A DNA stretch of 64,000 bases from Felis catus (lineage: Eukaryota): positions 83,268,001-83,332,000 of the forward strand of contig NC_058368.1 in the NCBI RefSeq assembly GCF_018350175.1. The letters run 5' to 3'. Below, in pieces: positions 25,674 through 39,103 of this stretch (position 1 is its first letter; each line of letters opens with the position of its first letter). Position numbers and translations under genes: made by a program. Under the pieces are notes generated by a model, which saw nothing but the letters and a program-made list of their open reading frames with translations, made no database searches and was not told the origin of the DNA.

Positions 25674-28600
25674 GAGGAAGGGCCAGCAAGGAGAATTAGG
25701 GGGATCTGAAGTTCGCTCCTCTCTCAAACAAAGCAGTGTTGAAGACAAAGGACTTTGAACCCCAAGAGTCTGGGAGGCAAAGACACAGAGTGGCTCCCAG
25801 GGACTCACCAGGACCACCTGATTGTCCATAGGTGTGTAATTGCAAACTGGGAGAGATAAAACCAAACAGAGGGGAGGGATTCCCTTCTGCTGAGAGACAA
25901 AGGTAAGAGAAATAGAGGCTGGGGAAGCATAGGACTATATCTAGACAAGAGAAAAACCTCAAACCAGGACAGAGAAAGATCCAATCTCTAACTGAGGGGC
26001 TTTATCCAGACTTGGGACAGCTGCCCTCCACTCACCTGTGGAGGAGGGGAGCCACCCCAGGCTAGGTGGCTAGGTCAGGAACTCAGTCCATAGTAGGAGA
26101 AAGTGATCCCCTCCCTGGAGTGCTGTGGGAATGGAAAAGTGTGCCTACATCCGCCAGACAGAGACCACATATCCAGTGGCATGAATCAGCTCTTCCCCAG
26201 TACCGAGGCCCACAGAGCAAGAGTTTGAATCCTAGCTAAGTGCCAGGGCATGAGAGTTGGCTGAGTGAGACAAACCACCTCATTTGTACCCATGGCACAG
26301 TGAGGATGGCTTGAACAGATTGGTTTGGGACATCTAGTCAGTGGAGAAGAGACTGTTGCCATTTTTCTTCCTACCATCAAGATGGGCCTCAGGGATCAGA
26401 CAGCAGGGCCCACAGTAGGGGGGGGGGGACCCGCCTACACCAACCCATGCCCCTCTGTGCATGGTAAATGTCTCTCTACTGGAGTGGGATTGACACTGAT
26501 AAACCAGACAGTCCCTACTCCAGACCAGCACTATTGCATTGCCTGGTTTAATTCTTGGACGTTTCTTATTATATAGATATATTCTTCCTTCCTTTCCTCT
26601 TTCTTATCTCCTCCCACCTCTAGTCTCGTTACTCTGGTTGTTAGTTTGTTTAAGCAGACATATTTAATCCGTTCTCTTGATACATATTCTACACCTCCTC
26701 ATTTTCCTTTCTCTCCCTCTGGAATAATTAAGCCTTATAGTTTCTCTGTCTGGACAACTTTTTCTTCTTTTCTTTCCCTCACCTCCTTCTTTATTTCCCT
26801 TTATCTCTCTCTGGATTAAACCATATAGTTTCTCTGACTGGTATTTTTTTTTCTTATTTCATGCCCTTGTCATTTCTCTCTTTGTATGGCATAAGTCCTC
26901 TTCCGTCAGCACCACTTCAACCCTGTTGTTTATTTGTAGCTGGTGTTTCTGTTTGTGTGTGTGTGGTTTTGTTTTCTGTTTGTTTTTGGTTTGTTTGTTT
27001 TTATTTCCAGAGGTTCTTCAACCAACAAATCAAAACACACCTGGTGGAGGGTCTAAAACATCAACCACCAGTAAGGAGATAAAGTATCAAAACTCAAAAC
27101 AAGAGAGACCAAGTAACATTCTAAAAAAAAAAAAAACACCTCCTGAAGGGCTAGGACTGAGACAGTGTATGACCAGTGTATGCTCGCAGGTGGACAGCAC
27201 ATAACAAGCTTTTAAAACATGTAAGGGACAGAAAACTAGTCAGAATTATGAAACAAAAGATTTCTTATAAAAAGAAATTCCAGTAAGAAATGAAAACTAA
27301 AGATTTTCTCGAAAAAGATACATGAATATAGTTGAAATCATTGTTGCACTATATGCAAACTAACTTGGATGTAAATTTTAAAAAAAACTTAAAAATATGT
27401 ACCTGAACAAGAATTTAAAATAACAGTCATAAGATTAATGGCTGGACTTGAAAAAGCATAGAAGAGACCAGAGAATCTATTGCACAAATCAAGGAACTAA
27501 AAAACAGTCATGATGAATTAAAAAATGCTATAAATGAGGTGCAAAATAAACTAGAGGCAGTTGTAGTGAGATTGAAGAGGCAGAAGGGAGAATAGGTGAA
27601 TTAGAAGATAAAACTATGGAAAAAGATGAAACTGAGAAAAAGAGATAAAAAAAATTCTGGATCACAAGGAGAGAATTAGAGAACTAAGTGATTCAATGAC
27701 AGAATGATATCTGTATCGTAGGAGTTCCAGAAGAAGAATAAGGAGTGAGAAAGGGGCTTAAGGCGTACTTGAACAAATCATAGCTGACCATTTCCCCAAT
27801 CTGTGGAAGGAAACAGGTATTGAAATCCAAGAGGCACAGAGAACTCCCTTCAGACATAACTTGAATTGATCTTCTGCATGACATATCATAGTGAAACTGG
27901 CAAAATACAAGGATAAAGAGAAAATTCTGAAAGCAGCTAGGGATAAACAGGATCTAACTTATAAAGGGAGACCAGTATGACTAGTGACAGACCTATCTAC
28001 TGAAACTTGGCAGGCCAGAAAGGAATGGCAAGAAATCTTCAATGTGATGAACAGAAAATTTATGCAGCTGAGAATCCTTTTCTGTCATTCAGAATAGAAG
28101 GAGAGATAAAGGTCTTCCCAAACAAACACATACTGAAGGAATTTATCACCACTAAACCACCCCTACAAGAGATCCTAAGGGGAACTCTGAGTGAAATATG
28201 GCAAGGACCACAAAGTACCAGAGACATCACTACAAGCATGAAACTTATAGACATCACAATGACTCTAAACCCATATCTTTCTATAATAACACTGAATGTA
28301 AGTGTTCTTAATGGTCCAGTCAAAAGACATAGGATATAAGATTGGATAGAAAAAAGAAGATCCGTCTATTTGCTGTCTAGAAGAAATGCATTTTAAACCT
28401 GAGGACAGTGTCAGCTTGAAAGTGAGGTGATGGAGTATCATCTATCATGCTACTTGAAGTCCAAAGAAAGCTGGAGTAGCCATACTTATAACCAACAAAC
28501 TAGATTTTAAAATAAAGGCTGTAGCAAGAGATGAAGAAGGACATTGGATAATAATTACAGGGTCTATACATCAAGAAGAGCTAAGAATTATAAATGTCTA

Positions 28601-31600
28601 TTCACCCAATTTGAAGCACCCAAATATATAAAACGGTCACAAGCATAAGCAATCTTATTGATAAGAATGTGGTAATTGCAGAGGACTTTAATACTCTACT
28701 TATAGCAATGGACAGATCATCTTGGCAGATAATCAATAACAAAACAATGGCCCTGAATGATACACTGGACCAGATGGATTTCACAGGTATATTTAGAACT
28801 TTTCACTCTAAAGCAGAAGAATATACATTCTTCTCAAGTGTACATGGATCATTCTCCAAGATAGATCACATACTGAATCACTAAACAGCCCCCAATACAT
28901 ACCAAAGAATTGAGATCATACCATGCACACTTCAGATCACAATGGTATGAAACTGAAATCAACCACAGGAATAAGTTTGGAAAATTTCCAAGTTCATTGA
29001 AGTTAAAGAACATCCTACTAAAAAACAAATGGGTCAATCGAGAAATTAAAGAAGAAATTTAAAAAAATATATGGAAATAAGTGAAAATGAAAACACAAGA
29101 ATCCAAACCCTTTGGGATGTGCCAATGGCGGTCCTAAAATGAAATACATTGCAATCCAGGCCTATCTGAAGAAACAAGAAAAATTCCAAATAGAAAAATC
29201 TAACAGCACATCTAAAGGAACTAGAAGTAGAAAAACAAAGAAACCCCAAACCCAGCAGAAGAAGAGGAAATAATAAATATTAGAGGAGAAATGAACAATA
29301 TAGAATAAAAAAAAACCAGAACAGATCAATGAAACTAAGGTTTGGTTTTTTGAAAAAATAAAGAAAAATTGATCAATCTCTAGCTAGACTTCTGAAAAAG
29401 AAAAGAGACAGGACACAAATAGATAAAATCACAAATGAAAATGCACTTAACCAATCCCTCAGAAATACAAGCAATTATAAGGGAATAGTATGAAAAAAAC
29501 AACAACATACAAACTGGACAACCTGGAAGAAATTGAGAACTTCTTAGACACCCACACACTACCAAAACTCAAACGGGAAGAAAGAAAAAATTTGAACAGA
29601 TCCATAACTAGTGAAGAAATTTAATCAGTTATCAAAAATCTCCAAACAAGTAAGAGTCCTGGACCTTATGGCTTCTCAAGAGTATTCTAGCAGCCATTTA
29701 AAGCAGAGTTAATACCTATCCTCCTCAAGCTGTTCCAAAAAATAGAAGTGGAAGGGAAACTTCTTGACCCATTCTACGAAGCCAACATTACTTTGGTTCC
29801 CAAACCAGAGACCCCCAAAAGAGGACTATAGCCAAATATCCCTGATGAATATGGATACAAAAATTCTTAACAAGATACTAGCAAATCTAACTCAATACCA
29901 TATAAAAAGAATTATTCACCATGAATAGGTGGGACACATTCCCAGGCTGCAGAGCTGGTTCGATATTCACAAATCAATCAATATGATACATCATGTTAAT
30001 AAAAGAAAGACTAAGAACCATATTATCCTGTAAATAAATGCAGAGAATGCATTTTACAAAATACAACATCCTTTCCTAATAAAAACCCTCAAGAAAGATG
30101 GGAGAGAAAGAACATACTTAAACATCATAAAAGCCATTTATAAAAAGCTCACAGCTAATATCATCCTCAATGGGGAAAAACTGAGAGATTTCCCCCTGAG
30201 ATCAGAAACATGACAGGGATGTCCACTCTCACCACTGTTGTATAATATAATGTTGGAAATCCTAGCATCAGCTGTCAGACAACAAAATGAAATAAAAAGC
30301 ATCAAAATTGGCAAACAAGCAAACTTTCACTTTTTGCAGACGACATGATACTCTACATGGAAAAGCCAAAAGCCTCCACCAAAAGACTGCTAGAACTGAT
30401 ACATGAATTCTGGAAAGTCCCAGGGTACAAAATCAATGTACAGAAACCATTTGTTTGTTTTTTATACACAAATAATGAAGCAACAGAAAGAGATGTAAAG
30501 AAATTGATCCCATTCACAATTGCACCAAGAACCATAAAATACCTAGGAATAAACCTAACCGAATATGTAAAAGGTCTGTATGCTGAAAACTATAGAAAGC
30601 TTATGAACCAAATTGAAGAAGACACAAAGAAATGAAAAAAAAAACATTCCATGCTCTTGGATTGGAAGAATAAATATTGTTAAATGTCAATACCACCCAA
30701 TGCAATCTACACATTCAATGCAATCCCAATCGAAATTGTACCAGCTTTCTTCTCAAAGTTAGAACAAACAATCCTAAAATCTGTATGGAACCAGAAATAC
30801 CCCAAATAGCCAAAGTAATATTGCAGATGGAAACCAAAGTGGTAGGCATCACAATCCCAGAGTTTAGGCTCTACTACAAAGCTGTAATCATCAAGACAGT
30901 ATGGTATTGGCACAAAAACAGACACATAGACCAATGGAATAGAATAGAGAACCCAGAATTGGACCCACAAAATTATGACCAACTAATCTTTGACAAAGTA
31001 GGAAAGAGAATCCCATAGGAAAAAAACAAACAAAAAAAAAACCGAAATAGTCTCTTTAGCTAATAGTACTGGGAGAACTGGACAGCAACATGCAGAAGAA
31101 TAAAACTGTACCACTTTCTTACACTGTACATAAAAATAAACTCAAAATGGATGAAAGACTTCAATGTGAGACAGGAAACTGTTAAAATCCTACAGGAGAA
31201 AGCAGGCAAAAACCTCTTCAACCTCACCTGCAGAAGTTTATTACTTGACACATCTCCAAAGGCAAGAGAACTAAAGCAAAAATGAACTATCTGGATCTCA
31301 TCAAGATAAAAAGTTTCTCTACTGCAAAGGAAATGATCAACCAAACTAAAAGGAAACCTAAAGAATGAGAAAAGATATTCACAAATGACATAGTGGAAAA
31401 AGGGCTAGTATCCAAAATCTATAAAGAACTTACCAAACTCCACACCTGGTAAACAAATAATCCAGTGAAGAAATGGGCAGAAGATATGAATCAACACTTT
31501 TCCAAAGAAGACATTCAGATGGTCAATAGACGCATGAAACGAAGCTCAATGTCACTCATCATCAAGGAAATAAAATGAAAGCCACACTGAGATACCGCCT

Positions 31601-32320
31601 AACACTGATCAGAGTGGCTAAAGTGAACAAATATGGAGACTATAGATGGTGGTGACTATGTGGAGAAACAGGAACACTCTTGCACTGTTGGTGGGAATGC
31701 AAACTGGTGCAGCTGTTCTGGAAAACATTGTGGAGGTTCCTCAAAAAATTACCAAATAGAACCACCCTATAACCCAGCAATAGTACTACTAGGAATTTAC
31801 CCAAGGGATACCGGAGTGCTGATGCATAGGAGCACATGTACACCGATGTTTATAGCAGCACTTTCAACAATAGCCAAATTATGCAAAGAGCCTAAATGTC
31901 CATCAACTGATGAATGGATAAAGAAGACGTGGCTTATGTATACAATGGAATACTACTTGGCATTGAGAAAGAATAAAATGATTCCATTTTGAGCAACGTG
32001 GATGGAACTGGAAGGTATTATGCTGAATGAAATAAGTCAGTCAGAGAAGGATAGATATCATATGTTTTCTCTCATATGTGGATATTGTGAAACTTAACAG
32101 AAGTCAATGTGGGAAGGGAAGGGGAAGTTACAGAGAGGGAGGGAGGCAAACCCCAAGACTCTTAAATACAGAGAACAAACTGAGGGGGATGGGGGAATGG
32201 GGGAGAAGGGAAAATGGGCAATGGGCATTGAGGAGGGCATGTGTTGGGATGAGCACTGGGTGTTGTATGTAAGCCAATTTGATAATAAATTATATTAAAA
32301 TACAATAAAGAACAAAAAAT
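25674..32320 (+). mobile_element. Near full-length felid L1 with a long, different 5'UTR; ORF1 ~27248-28190 and ORF2 ~28259-32090 disrupted
   Basis: ORF1, ORF2 and 3'UTR collinear with 4469-9487; 5'UTR resembles 48700-49997 (minus) instead; no TSD recovered. Confidence 0.92.
27332..27394 (+). mobile_element. Tiny L1 3'-terminal insertion inside ORF1
   Basis: tgaaatcattgttgcactatatgcaaactaacttggatgtaaattttaaaaaaaa matches the L1 terminus at 17727-17782. Confidence 0.75.
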
Positions 32321-33295
32321 GCAATTTTATTTTAAGTGAGTTAACAGTAGGAGGAATTATTTGTTAATATTTATGATAAAAAGGTATCCTTTATGAATAC
32401 TCTCATTCATAAATTGTTTATGATTGTTATAATGTAGGTTTCTGCATACACACACACTATATCTATGTATCTATCTATGTATCTATGTATGTATTTATGT
32501 TTCTATCTATCATCCATCTATATAAGCATACATAACACAATACATTGTTGCCATTACCATTGTGAATAAACTGTTAACTATTCAAGCAAACAATACTATG
32601 AAAAGTAGAAATTTTATTATACCTTGCCTTTTTCCTTCTTTGATTCTCTTCCTTATTTCAGGTAGAATCAAGTTTTTGACCTATATTATCTTCCTTATAT
32701 CTAAATAACACATTAATTATTTTTACAAGATAGGTATTCTCTTAACAACTTTTCTCTATGTTTCCTGATAAATTATTTATTTTACCTTCAATTTTGAAGA
32801 ATTATTTCTCAGGATACATATTTCTGGTTTGGTGTTTTCTTAACACATTAAATATATCACTCAATTCTTTTGTTTGCATGGTTTCTCGGGTGAAGTCAAA
32901 TATTCTTTTTAAAAAAATTTATTTTAATTTGAGTATAGTTAACATAGAGTGTTATATTAGTTTTAAGTGTACAATATAGTGACTCAACATTCCATGCATC
33001 GCCCAGTGCTTATCACAAGTGCATGTCTTAATCCCCATCACCTATTTCACCCATTCCCTCACACACCTCCCCTATGGTAATCATCAGTTTGTTCTCCACA
33101 GTTTAGAGTCTGTTTTTTTGTTTGTCTCTTTATCTTTTTTTTTCTTTTTCTGTCTTTTTTTTTCTTAAATTCCATATGTGAATGAAATTATATGGGATTT
33201 GTATTTCTCTGACTTATTTTGCTCATTCCTATAAAGATGAGGTATATTTTCCATGTTGCTTATTTTTTTAATGTTTAATTATTTGGAAGAGAGAA

Positions 33296-33330
<35 letters not shown>

Positions 33331-33895
33331 ATGAACGAGGGAGGGGCAGAGAGAAAAGGGGACAGAGGAGGATCCAAAGCAGGCTCTATGCTGACAGCAG
33401 AGAGCCTGAGCCCAATGCAGGGCTTGAACTAATGAACCGTGAGATCATAACCTGAGCCTAAATTGGATGCTTAACAGACTGAGACACCAGTCTGATTCTT
33501 TCAGGATCATTTTAAAATTAAGATATAACTTACATATAACATTGCATAAGTTTAAGGTCCACAACTTCTTGACATAATACATTTATGTATTATAATATGA
33601 TTAACATGGTAGTGGTAACTAACAGTTGTATCACATCACATAACTATCATTTTTTGTAAGATAAAAACAGGTATGGTTACAAGAGTCTGAAATAAAAGGT
33701 ACCATTTACCACTATACATTTTCCCCTTCAACTTAAGCATGCATTTAAAACATAACTGCCCCCCCCAAATATTTATCTTTCTTTATTTGTAAATTTGAAT
33801 GATATGCCTAGATGTAGTTTTGTTTTGTTTGGCATTTTATAGTCCTTATTATTCCTAGCTTTCTGGATCTGCAGTTTGTTGTCTCACATTAAAAT
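32321..33895 (-). mobile_element. Old L1M-like antisense sequence with nested L1 3' ends (~32910-33225, ~33510-33660) and a (CTAT)n tract (32461-32520)
   Basis: tttaccttcaattttgaagaattatttctcaggataca; gttatattagttttaagtgtacaatatagtga. Confidence 0.65.
33263..33490 (-). mobile_element. Can-SINE
   Basis: T tail, (GA)n, gggcttgaact...gagatcataacctgagc. Confidence 0.92.
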
Positions 33896-33898
33896 ATA

Positions 33899-35978
33899 GA
33901 GACTCAGGAACATGGTAGTGTAGGAGAATACTGAACTCACTTTGTCCCAAGGACACACTGAATAAACAATTACACCTATGTGACCATTTCTGATAATGAT
34001 CTGGTGAGACTGGCAAAACAGAACTTACACACCTAGGCATAGAGGCCATATCAAACAGTGTAGAGGCACAGAAACATGGTATGAAACTAATGCCCTGGAA
34101 CAAAAATAAAAAACAAACAAACAAACAAACAAAAACACAAATGGAAGGGACATTACAATCATTGGGAAATAAGGCCAGACTCCCATTAGGCATTATTGCT
34201 TCTGGAGACTTATACTGGGAGGACAAATACTGATAATGTCTGCCTTTGAAAATCAGTGGAGCTTAACTACAAGGGCTTTAAAAATTGCAAAGGCCTAACT
34301 CTGGGGGAGTCAGAGGAAAATAGGAAGCTGAGTCCCTTATCTTAAAGTTTTAAAAATACCCAGAGTATATGTGAAGGAGATTTATTGACTGACCTTAGAT
34401 AGAAGAACAGGGATTTGCAGGAAAATTTTCTGGGAACAAAAATGCTGGTAGGTGCCATTTCTCATGCCCTCCTCAGCCTAGATAGTTGTATACTTGTGAA
34501 AGCAATTTCTAACACTATCCATTAACCTTGATAGCATTTTTGTGCTCTGCCTCAGTATTTCCTTGCAAAACCACCCCACCCAACTCATCAAACTTGGCAG
34601 GCATTCTTGAAAGTGCCTGTCTTGCCACACCTTGCACAAAGCCACAGCTGGGAATAGTGCTACTCCAAAGTGACTCCTACCTGGGGGTGAGGGTAGGTAA
34701 CCCTGGAAACTAACACACCTATGGTTCCTGCAGACAGGCTTTTTTGGTGGCCATACAAATGGTGTTCCCATCTGTGGCTGAAGCTAATTGCCAACTAGTA
34801 GCGTGCATTCCACCCCACCACCAGTAAGCACACATCAGCTGTATCCAGAATTCTCAGGGGGAAAAAAAAACTGTTACACACAAGAAAAACAAAGCACATA
34901 AGTTTATCAACTGATTTTTGCAGCAGACACTTTGCAAGCAATAAAGGAATGGCATGATATATTCAAAGTCATAAGAACAACAACAACAACCACCAAGAAT
35001 ATTTTACATGGCAAGATTGTCAGAGATGAAGAGGAAGAAAATTTTTTTTCCAGATAAAGAAAAGCTAAAAGAGTTCATTACTAGTAAACCAGCCTCACAA
35101 TAAATATTAAAGGAAATTATTTAGGAGGAAAGAAAAATACATAACTAGAAATAAGAAAATTAGGAAAGGAAAACTTCATAGGTTAAAACAAACATATAGT
35201 GAAAATCTTAGAGTAATCAGGTATAAAGCCAATATGGAGGGTAAAAATGCAAAAATAATAAAATAAATTATATCTACAAAATTGACAAAATGGGTAGACA
35301 AAATTGAAGATATAAAATATGACATCATATACCTAAAAGAGAGGGAAAGTAAAAAATTAGTGCTTTTAGAATGTGTTTGACTCTAAGCCACCATCAATAT
35401 AATATAGAAGGCTATACATATAGGATGTTATATATGAATGCAATGGTAACCACAAATTAAAAACCCATAATCCCATAATATATATACAAAAATATAGAGA
35501 AGTGGATTCAAGCATAATACTAAAGAAAGCTATCAAACCATAAGAGAAAAAAGATAACAGGACCAGAGAAAAAATACAAACAAAACAAAACAAAACAAAA
35601 CAAAACTAAAACAAACAAACAAATAAAAAACAATGACAGGGGTGCGTGGGTAGCTCAGTCAGCTGACCTTCTGACTTCAGCTTAGGTCATGATCTCATGG
35701 GTCCTGAATTTGAGCCCCCATCGGGCTCTGCACTGATAGTGAGGAGCCTGATTGGGATTCTCTCTCTCTCTCTCTCTCTCTCCCTTTCTTCTGTCTCTTT
35801 GTCTCTCTCTCTCTCTGCCCCTCCCCTGGACGTGCTTTCTGTCTCAAAATAAATTTAAAAAGTATTTAAAAATAAAGAGAAAAATGACAAAAATTTAACA
35901 AAATGTCAATAAGTACACACCTATCAAAAATTACTTTAATGTAAATGAACTAAAGACTCCAATCAATAGGCGTATGGT
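33899..35978 (+). mobile_element. Older carnivore L1 5' part: 5'UTR, ORF1 mostly deleted, inter-ORF region and ORF2 start
   Basis: Start gagactcaggaacatggtagtgtaggag; jump at ~34895 to ORF1 3' end (caactgatttttgcagcagacactttgcaagc); acctatcaaaaattactttaatgtaaatg. Confidence 0.7.
35639..35875 (+). mobile_element. Can-SINE
   Basis: ggggtgcgtgggtagctcagt head, long CT tract; aatgaca on both flanks. Confidence 0.93.
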
Positions 35979-36373
35979 GTACCTCTCTATCTTTTTTTAC
36001 CCCCATGTTTATTTCTTTTGTTTTTTTTTAATTACACATAGGAGTGAAATCATATGATATTTGTATTTCTATGGCTAGCTTACTGCATTTAGCGTAATAC
36101 TCTTTAGTTCCATTCACATCATTGCAAATGGAAAAATTTCATTTTTAATGGCTGAGTAATATTACATTGTGTATAAATACCACTTCTTCATTATCCATTC
36201 ATCCAGTAATGGGCATCTGGGCTCTTTCCCATAATTTGGCTATTGTATATAATGCCACTGTAAAAATCAGGATGCATGTATCCTTTCTAATCAGTAATTT
36301 TCCATTCTTTGGGTAAATACCTAATAGTGCAATTTCTGAATCATAGGGTAGTTATATTTTTAACATTAAAAAA

Positions 36374-36605
36374 ATTATTTACTTATTTTGAGAGAGAGAA
36401 TTAGACTGCACTTGTGAGCAGTAGAGTGGCAGAGAGAGAGGGAGATATAGAATCCCAATCAGCCTCCACATTATCACATTATTGAAGCACATTAGTGGGG
36501 CACATTATTGAGCCCCACGTGGGGTTCAATCTCATGAGTGCTGAGATCATGACCTGCGCTGAAATCAAGAGTTGGACTCTTAACCAACTGAGCCACCCAG
36601 ACACC
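36374..36605 (-). mobile_element. Can-SINE in L1, with internal cacatta reiterations
   Basis: Ends ttaaccaactgagccacccagacacc; host agttat...ttttaac duplicated on both sides. Confidence 0.9.
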
Positions 36606-39069
36606 ATTTTTTTAGTTTATTTATTTATTTTGAGAGATAAGGAGTTATTTTAACTTTTCGAAGAAACTCCATACTGTTTTTCCAGAGTGGCTGCACTAGT
36701 TTGCATTCCCACCAACAGTACAAGAGGGTTCCCCTTTCTCTGCATCCTCGCCAACACTGCTTATTTCCACTGTTGTTGATTTTAGCCATTCTGACATATG
36801 TGAGGTGATATTTCATTGTAATTTTGATTTGTGTTTCCCTGATAATGTGTGATATTGAGCATTTTTTTATATGTATAGTAGTGATCTGTATGTCTTTGGA
36901 AAAATATTTGTGTATGGTTTCTGCCCATTTTAACTGGATTATTCACTTTTTGGGTGTTGAGTTTTGTAAGTTCTTTATATATTTTGGATACTAACCATTT
37001 ATCATATATGTTGTTTGCCAATATCTTCTTCCATTCCATAGGTTGACTCTTACTTTTGTTGTTTCTTTTGCCGTGAAGAAACTTTTTTTTATTTTGATAA
37101 AATATCATTAGTTTATTTTTGCTTTTGTTTCTCTTCCAGCAGGAGACATATCAGGTAAGATTTTTCTAAGCTTATGTGAAGAAGGTTACTATCTGTGTTA
37201 TCCTCTAGGATGCTGATGGTTTCCTGTCTCATATTTCAGTCTTTAATCCATTTTGAATTTATTTTTGTGTATGGTGTAAGAAAGTGGTCCATTTTCATTC
37301 GTGTCTTGCTGTCTAGTCATCTCAACACCATTTGATGAAAAAACTATATTTTTCCATTGGATAATCTTTCATGAGTTGTCAAAGATTAGTTGAGCAGATT
37401 GCTGTGGGTTCATTTCCGAATTTTCTGTTCTTTTCAATTGATTTATGTGTCTCTTTTTGTGCTAGTCCCATGCTGTATTGATCAATACAGATTTGTAATA
37501 TAGCTTGAAGTGTGGAATTGTGATGCTTCCAGATTTGCTTTTATTTTTAAATATTGTTTAGGATATTCATGGTGTTTTATGATTCTATACAAATTATAGG
37601 ATTGTTTGTTCTAGCTCTGTGAAAAATGCTGGTGATATTTTGATAGGGATTGCATTTAATCTGTAGATTGCTTTGAGAAGTATAGATATTTTAATAATAT
37701 TTTTATTCCAATCCATGAAAATGGAATGTCTTTCCATTTCTTTGTGTAATAGCCAATGTCTTTGATAAGTGTTTTATAGTTTTCAGAGTACAGATCTCTT
37801 ACGTCTTTGGTTAGGTTTATTCCTACTTATCTTATTGGCTTTGTTGGAATTTCAAATGGTATTGATTACTTCATTTCTCTTTCTGCTGATTCACTATTGG
37901 TGTTTAGAAATGTAAGAGATTTCTATACATTGAGTTTTGTAGTTTTGTATTCTGCATCAGTTCCAGCAATTCTTTGTAGTGTCTCTTGGGTTTTCTATAT
38001 AGAACATCATGTCATCTGCAAATAACAAAAGTTCTACTTCTTTTTGCTGATTTTGATAACTTTTATTTATTTGGGTTATCTGATTGCTGTGGCTGCAACT
38101 TCCATACTTGTTACATAACAGGGGTAAGGGTGGACATTTCTGCCTTGTTCCTGACCATACAGGAAAATATCCAGTTTTTCCCCATTATGGATGATAGTAA
38201 CGGTGGGTTTTTCATAGATAGACTTTATTATGTTGAGGTATACTTGCTCTATCCATACTTTGTTGAGGGATATTTTTAAAATCATAAATGCATGTTGTAC
38301 TTTGGGAAATGCTTTCTTCTGTATCTATTGAAAGGATCATATGGTTCTTACCCTTTCATTTATTAATGTGGTATATCATATTGAATGATTCACAAATATT
38401 GAACCATCTTTTATGCCCAGGAAAAATCCCACTTGATTGTGGTGTATGTTTATTTAATGTAACATTAAAGAAATTTGCTATCATGGATTCAATTTGCTAG
38501 CATGTTGTTGAAAAGTTTTTCCTCCACGTTCATCAGGGATATTGACTTGTAGTTCTCATTTTTAGTGGAGTCTTTGGTTTTGGAATCATGGTAGTACTAT
38601 CCTCTTAGAATGAATTTGGAAGTTTCAATTCCTTTTCTATTTTTTGGTGTAGTTTAAGAGTAATGGGTATTAGCTCTTCTTTAAGTGCATGGTAGAATTC
38701 CCCTGTGAAGCCCTCTAGCCCTGGACTTTTGTTTGTTGGGATATTTTTATTACTAATTCAATTTCTTTGCTGGGTATCAGTCTCTTCAACTTTTCTACTC
38801 CCTCCTGTTTCAGTTTTGGTAGGTTATATGCTTCTAGGAATTTTACCCATTTCTGCCACGTTTTCCAAGTTGTTGGAATATAATTTTTCATAATATTCTC
38901 TAATAATTATTTGTCTTTCTATGGTGTTGTTTGTTATTTCTCCCCTTTCTTTTGTGACTTTATTTGTTTGTTTTTTTCTCATTTATTTTTGATAAGTCTG
39001 GCAAGGGGTATATCCATTTTATTATTTTTTTTCAAATAACTATCTCCTGGTTTCATTGATCTGTTTATT

Positions 39070-39103
39070 GTGTTGTTGTTGCTGTTGTTGTTGTTGCTGT
39101 TGT
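39070..39103. repeat. Imperfect (TGT)n microsatellite
   Basis: Direct reading. Confidence 0.9.
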
